Source: Paramicrosporidium saccamoebae KSL3 (taxonomy: Eukaryota > Fungi > Cryptomycota). Taken from it: DNA of 8,776 nucleotides. Positions 5,631-8,776 of this stretch are shown one piece after another. The position numbers and the translations under genes are program-made. Below the pieces are notes generated by a model that did no database searches, was not told the origin of the DNA, and saw only the letters and a program-made list of their open reading frames with translations. Location: the NCBI GenBank assembly GCA_002794465.1, contig MTSL01000058.1, positions 1-8,776 on the forward strand. The letters run 5' to 3'. Within the stretch, counting starts at the first letter, position 1, and every line of letters begins with the position of its first letter.

Positions 5631-8078
5631 AGTCGCACTAATTTGGACAAGATGACCGAGGAAGAGCTATACAGATACGCAACCAATCCGAACCGTGAGG
5701 CTGGTAAATTCGCATCAATTGTGAGAGTGGCGACCAAAAAAAAGTATACCATGTTCCTCGAAAATGTTTCCATCATGCCAAATCTGCAGACTGCAGAACG
5801 TGACAGTTATTTTAGGAACCGACGTAACCTTCAGTGGCGCCCTGAACCTCGTTTAGTCTTGAGCCAAGACGCGGAACAAGAGATTATTCCAATTTTAGAA
5901 GCTGATGATCCATGGCGTCTTGAGTCTCTTTCAGCGGATCTACGTAATGCGGTGCTTGATCCATTCTATTTGGCTGAATTTGATGCTGTCAATCTTGCAA
6001 GCACTCTGGCAGATTTGAGAGTGTTTTCCAGATACGACTTGGATCTGCCAAAGCTTGGGGCTGTGCGGATCATTAAATTGTTAATAGACAAGGACATTAC
6101 GTTTCAGTGTGACATTTGTCTTATAGTTCATGAAGGAAATGACAAAACCATCCAGTTCCTGATCGATGAGAAAGTATGGAGGGTGGACAAGAATGCAAAC
6201 ATTGAAGTCGCCAATGCAATCCGAGAGAATAAACAAAAATACTTGCAGCGTCTCCTTGAGACGTTCAAAGTGGTACCTGACGAGCATTGCATCAAGTTAT
6301 TAATCTATAATCGCAATTCAGATGCTTTCAAATGGATAAAATCGGCTTATCCCGACTGGAGGATAAATCAAGAGATAGTCGATCAATTAGTGCGATATGG
6401 AATGGGAGACCTGATGGAATGGTGCGACTCTCTCAATCTCGACTTGCTTCAACCAAGCGAAACCGTCCTAGAGGACGCATTTCAAAAAAGACATTTTCGC
6501 GTTCTCGAATGGCTTTTGAAAAAGAGTCATCGTGATGAACTGTACAAGTTCCCATTGGAATGGACATGGCAACAAAATGAGATTGATATGATCGTGAAAA
6601 AAGAATGTACACAACTCTTAGAATGGTACAGAACAATCAATCCTGGCTGGAAGTTGAGTGAAGGAAACATTGCGTTTGCGGCTAATTGGGGACTTTTGTC
6701 CATTCTGGAAGGGCATGCCGATCAAAATCCTGATTGGACTTTGCAGCAGGCTGAAATTAGCCTTGCTGTTATGGAAGGACATTTGGAAATTTTAAAGTGG
6801 CACGCCAATAGAGCTCCTGATTGGGTTCTGCAGCAAGCTGAAATTGACAGTGCCACTGCGCGAGGACATGTGCACATTCTGAAATGGAATGATTCTTTAA
6901 GCAGAACAACGATTATACCTAGCGCAGATGCGCTGAATCAGGCACGTGAATATGGGAATTTAAAGTCCCTTGAATGGTTTCTGTTAAAGTATCCTGATCA
7001 GATATTAGCGTTCCGACCCGAGTGGAGGTTGAATGAGGACAAAATTCGAGCCGCCATTGAGAAAGGATATTTGCAAATCATATTGTGGCACGTCTCTAGC
7101 AACCCTAACTGGACACCCAATGAAGTGCATATTGACACTGCTGTCAAGACTGGAAACTTGCACACTCTAATCCAGTGTTTCTCTGCTAGTCTTGCGCTGC
7201 CTCTACCAAGCATATCGCAACTCGAAGCAATGCTTGCAGAGGATGAAATAAATAACCTCGAATGGTTGTTCTCTGTCAGCCGTGAATGGATTTTACCACA
7301 AGAAAAGATTGATACTGCCACTAGAAGTGGGAATCATAAAGTTTTGAACTGGTATGCACGCATAAAGCCTAGCATGCTGAAACCCAGCGTGGGTGAACTC
7401 GTGGGTCTTTACACGGACAAAACTTTGGGAATTCTGACTTTGGAATGGTTCCTGGAAAGGTTCCACCGTGATAGTTCAAAGTCGTTTTATCCTACTTGGA
7501 AGTTGGATCGGCAGGACATTTTTATTGCTGCCACGAACGGATGTATAAACGTTTTAAAATGGCAGGCAGGCAGTCAGCCTGACTGGAAATTGAGCGAAAG
7601 CAACCTTAGTGCTGCAATTCGACATGGACGCTTATTAGTCTTGGAATGGTTTTCAAACCTGAATCCTCCTTGGATGATGAGTCAGGATAATATTGATGAT
7701 GCCGTTGAGTGTGGTCAGGGACACATTTTGAAATGGTATTTTGAAACCAATCGCCCGATGCTTCTACCAAGCCCACATATATTGGACCGGGTTCTCCTCA
7801 GGTTCCCATCATACAGAACCCTCGACTTTTACACCTCGACACGTTGTGACTGGGCGGTGAGTCAAAATCACATTGACTCTGCCACTATAAATGGACAGTT
7901 GCGGGCTTTGGAATGGTACGATCGCGTCATGCCCAATAGTATCAAACCAAGTCTAGCTGCACTAAACGCGGCTAGGAATTCTGGCCATAGCAACCTCATC
8001 GCATGGTGTATAAGAAAACACCACTCAGAAGGCGCAATTTTCTTGCTGACCCTTATGAATTCTCTCAAGATACAGTAG
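5571..8078 (+). CDS. Putative secreted ankyrin-like repeat protein, family copy 3 (835 aa)
   Basis: The ATG at 5571 (accATGc) aligns with the ATGs of copies 2 and 4, so the ORF-track start at TTG 5562 is not the homologous start. N-terminus MHLLRAVFYLFFLLKSIIGS. Colinear with copy 2 apart from a net 3-codon indel. Confidence 0.93.
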   Translation: MHLLRAVFYLFFLLKSIIGSSRTNLDKMTEEELYRYATNPNREAGKFASIVRVATKKKYTMFLENVSIMPNLQTAERDSYFRNRRNLQWRPEPRLVLSQDAEQEIIPILEADDPWRLESLSADLRNAVLDPFYLAEFDAVNLASTLADLRVFSRYDLDLPKLGAVRIIKLLIDKDITFQCDICLIVHEGNDKTIQFLIDEKVWRVDKNANIEVANAIRENKQKYLQRLLETFKVVPDEHCIKLLIYNRNSDAFKWIKSAYPDWRINQEIVDQLVRYGMGDLMEWCDSLNLDLLQPSETVLEDAFQKRHFRVLEWLLKKSHRDELYKFPLEWTWQQNEIDMIVKKECTQLLEWYRTINPGWKLSEGNIAFAANWGLLSILEGHADQNPDWTLQQAEISLAVMEGHLEILKWHANRAPDWVLQQAEIDSATARGHVHILKWNDSLSRTTIIPSADALNQAREYGNLKSLEWFLLKYPDQILAFRPEWRLNEDKIRAAIEKGYLQIILWHVSSNPNWTPNEVHIDTAVKTGNLHTLIQCFSASLALPLPSISQLEAMLAEDEINNLEWLFSVSREWILPQEKIDTATRSGNHKVLNWYARIKPSMLKPSVGELVGLYTDKTLGILTLEWFLERFHRDSSKSFYPTWKLDRQDIFIAATNGCINVLKWQAGSQPDWKLSESNLSAAIRHGRLLVLEWFSNLNPPWMMSQDNIDDAVECGQGHILKWYFETNRPMLLPSPHILDRVLLRFPSYRTLDFYTSTRCDWAVSQNHIDSATINGQLRALEWYDRVMPNSIKPSLAALNAARNSGHSNLIAWCIRKHHSEGAIFLLTLMNSLKIQ
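6348..8018 (+). repeat. Intragenic ankyrin-like repeat region of copy 3 (~18 units)
   Basis: Units from YPDWRINQEIVDQLVRYG... to ...ARNSGHSNLIAWCIRK, in the same register as copies 1 and 2. Confidence 0.72.
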
Positions 8079-8140
8079 CCCTTACACTATTATGCGGTAT
8101 ATAAAGTAATTGGCAGATCCATGATGAACGATTGTATAAA
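8079..8140 (+). terminator. Candidate 3'-end/polyadenylation signal block, copy 3
   Basis: TATATAAAG at 8098-8106 (stop+20) and TATAAA at 8135-8140 (stop+57). Confidence 0.4.
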
Positions 8141-8467
8141 GATTGTGGGGTTTGCAGCAAGACCACTTACCGTGGGTTCATAGATATAACGCACTCCTTC
8201 GCAAAAGTGCACAAAGTGACACGAGGTCAAGCAAACATGTTTACAAAGGGCTAATTACGAGAGATTCAGACTGTGGTGGCTGATGGAAAATATGCAATTC
8301 TCGTCAGTTTTAATTAAAGCTCTTTGTTATCAGATCGGCCACCTCACACTTCAATTGGTAAGTGAGATGCCTCTCGCTTAGCGCAGGTCGATGGCCATGA
8401 CCGAGCCAATAGCTCAACTAAAGTATTGTGAGTTAGCAATGAGACATAACCAATGTCCCTGTTCTTT

Positions 8468-8606
8468 CATACCTGTAATAAAACAATAGCGGAGTTTATT
8501 AAAGAGCCTCGTGACGGCAATCTTCTTTTATACTACAACCGGGGAGCGGCGACCATATCTGTGTCAGCCTATTAATATTAATTACGCAACATTAGCGCCG
8601 ATAGTC
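8468..8606 (+). promoter_or_regulatory. Putative core promoter of copy 4 (TATA elements diverged)
   Basis: Retains TAGCGGAGTTTATT (8487-8500) and CCGGGGagcggcgaccat (from 8539). The TATA positions read TGTAATAAAAC and TTTTATAC. AT-only palindrome ATTAATATTAAT at 8571-8582. Confidence 0.5.
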
Positions 8607-8666
8607 ATGCATCTGTCACGCGCTGCATTTTGTCTGCTCTTTTTGCTCAAACCCGTCATTAGTGCA
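8607..8666 (+). other. Predicted N-terminal signal peptide, copy 4
   Basis: MHLSRAAFCLLFLLKPVISA|S: hydrophobic core with Ala at the putative -1 position. Confidence 0.7.
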
Positions 8667-8776
8667 AGTCACATTGGTTTGAGTAGCGGGATGACCGAAG
8701 AGGAGTTATACAGATACGCCACCAACCCAAACCGTGAGGCCGGTACATTTATACCAATTGTGAGAGTAGCGACCAA
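8607..8776 (+). CDS. Family copy 4, N-terminal 56 codons (runs off the window end)
   Basis: Manual translation gives MHLSRAAFCLLFLLKPVISASHIGLSSGMTEEELYRYATNPNREAGTFIPIVRVAT, clearly homologous to the N-termini of copies 2 and 3. It is preceded by the same promoter motifs and is absent from the ORF track, apparently because it is short and truncated. Confidence 0.9.
   Translation, partial: MHLSRAAFCLLFLLKPVISASHIGLSSGMTEEELYRYATNPNREAGTFIPIVRVAT

Larger units (their letters stand above)
1..8776 (+). repeat. Tandem segmental duplication array, ~3.0 kb unit (gene plus spacer), at least 4 copies
   Basis: Stops at 2033/5071/8078 (spacing 3038, 3007) and starts at 2573/5571/8607 (spacing 2998, 3036). 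Both coding and intergenic DNA are alignable between units. Confidence 0.95.

Noticed and set aside
408-8068. Other short antisense or alternate-frame ORFs (408..680, 437..625, 677..1000, 729..914, 988..1302, 1289..1615, 1817..2011, 3470..3730, 4802..5017, 6081..6287, 6332..6535, 6433..6636, 6998..7321, 7868..8068)
   Set aside because: All lie inside the long genes, their boundaries are not consistently kept among the paralogs, and none shows a recognisable motif.
1-8776. CRISPR array, transposon, tRNA/rRNA, TALE/PPR/LRR repeat identity, or assembly artefact duplicating one gene
   Set aside because: No short repeat-spacer array, terminal inverted repeats, transposase motifs or RNA-gene signatures were seen. 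The repeat consensus does not fit TALE (34 aa LTPxQVVAIAS), PPR (35 aa) or LRR (LxxLxLxxN). The copies are too divergent, with intact frames, to be a simple assembly duplication.

Overview
The whole window is a head-to-tail tandem array of one gene family, with a period of about 3.0 kb and every copy on the + strand. It holds the 3' part of copy 1 (<3..2033), complete copies 2 (2573..5071, 832 aa) and 3 (5571..8078, 835 aa), and the first 56 codons of copy 4 (8607..>8776), which the ORF track misses. Copies 2-4 start with a signal-peptide-like N-terminus and an invariant MTEEELYRYATNPNR motif; in copies 2-3 an unrecognised N-terminal region follows. Copies 1-3 carry about 18 degenerate ankyrin-like repeats of ~29-30 aa (PxWxLxQxxIDxAxxxGHLxILxW) and a short hydrophobic C-terminal tail. 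The genes are intronless, and the TATA-like elements, purine at -3 of each ATG and absence of Shine-Dalgarno motifs point to a compact eukaryotic genome or possibly a large eukaryotic virus. The organism cannot be fixed from sequence alone. The paralogs are mosaics, with the closest pair switching along the gene, and their variation appears concentrated at positions equivalent to the ankyrin binding surface. The ~500-540 bp spacers are homologous and carry conserved motifs. Best working hypothesis (inference): a secreted ankyrin-like effector or binder family diversified by segmental gene conversion. All identity counts are manual.
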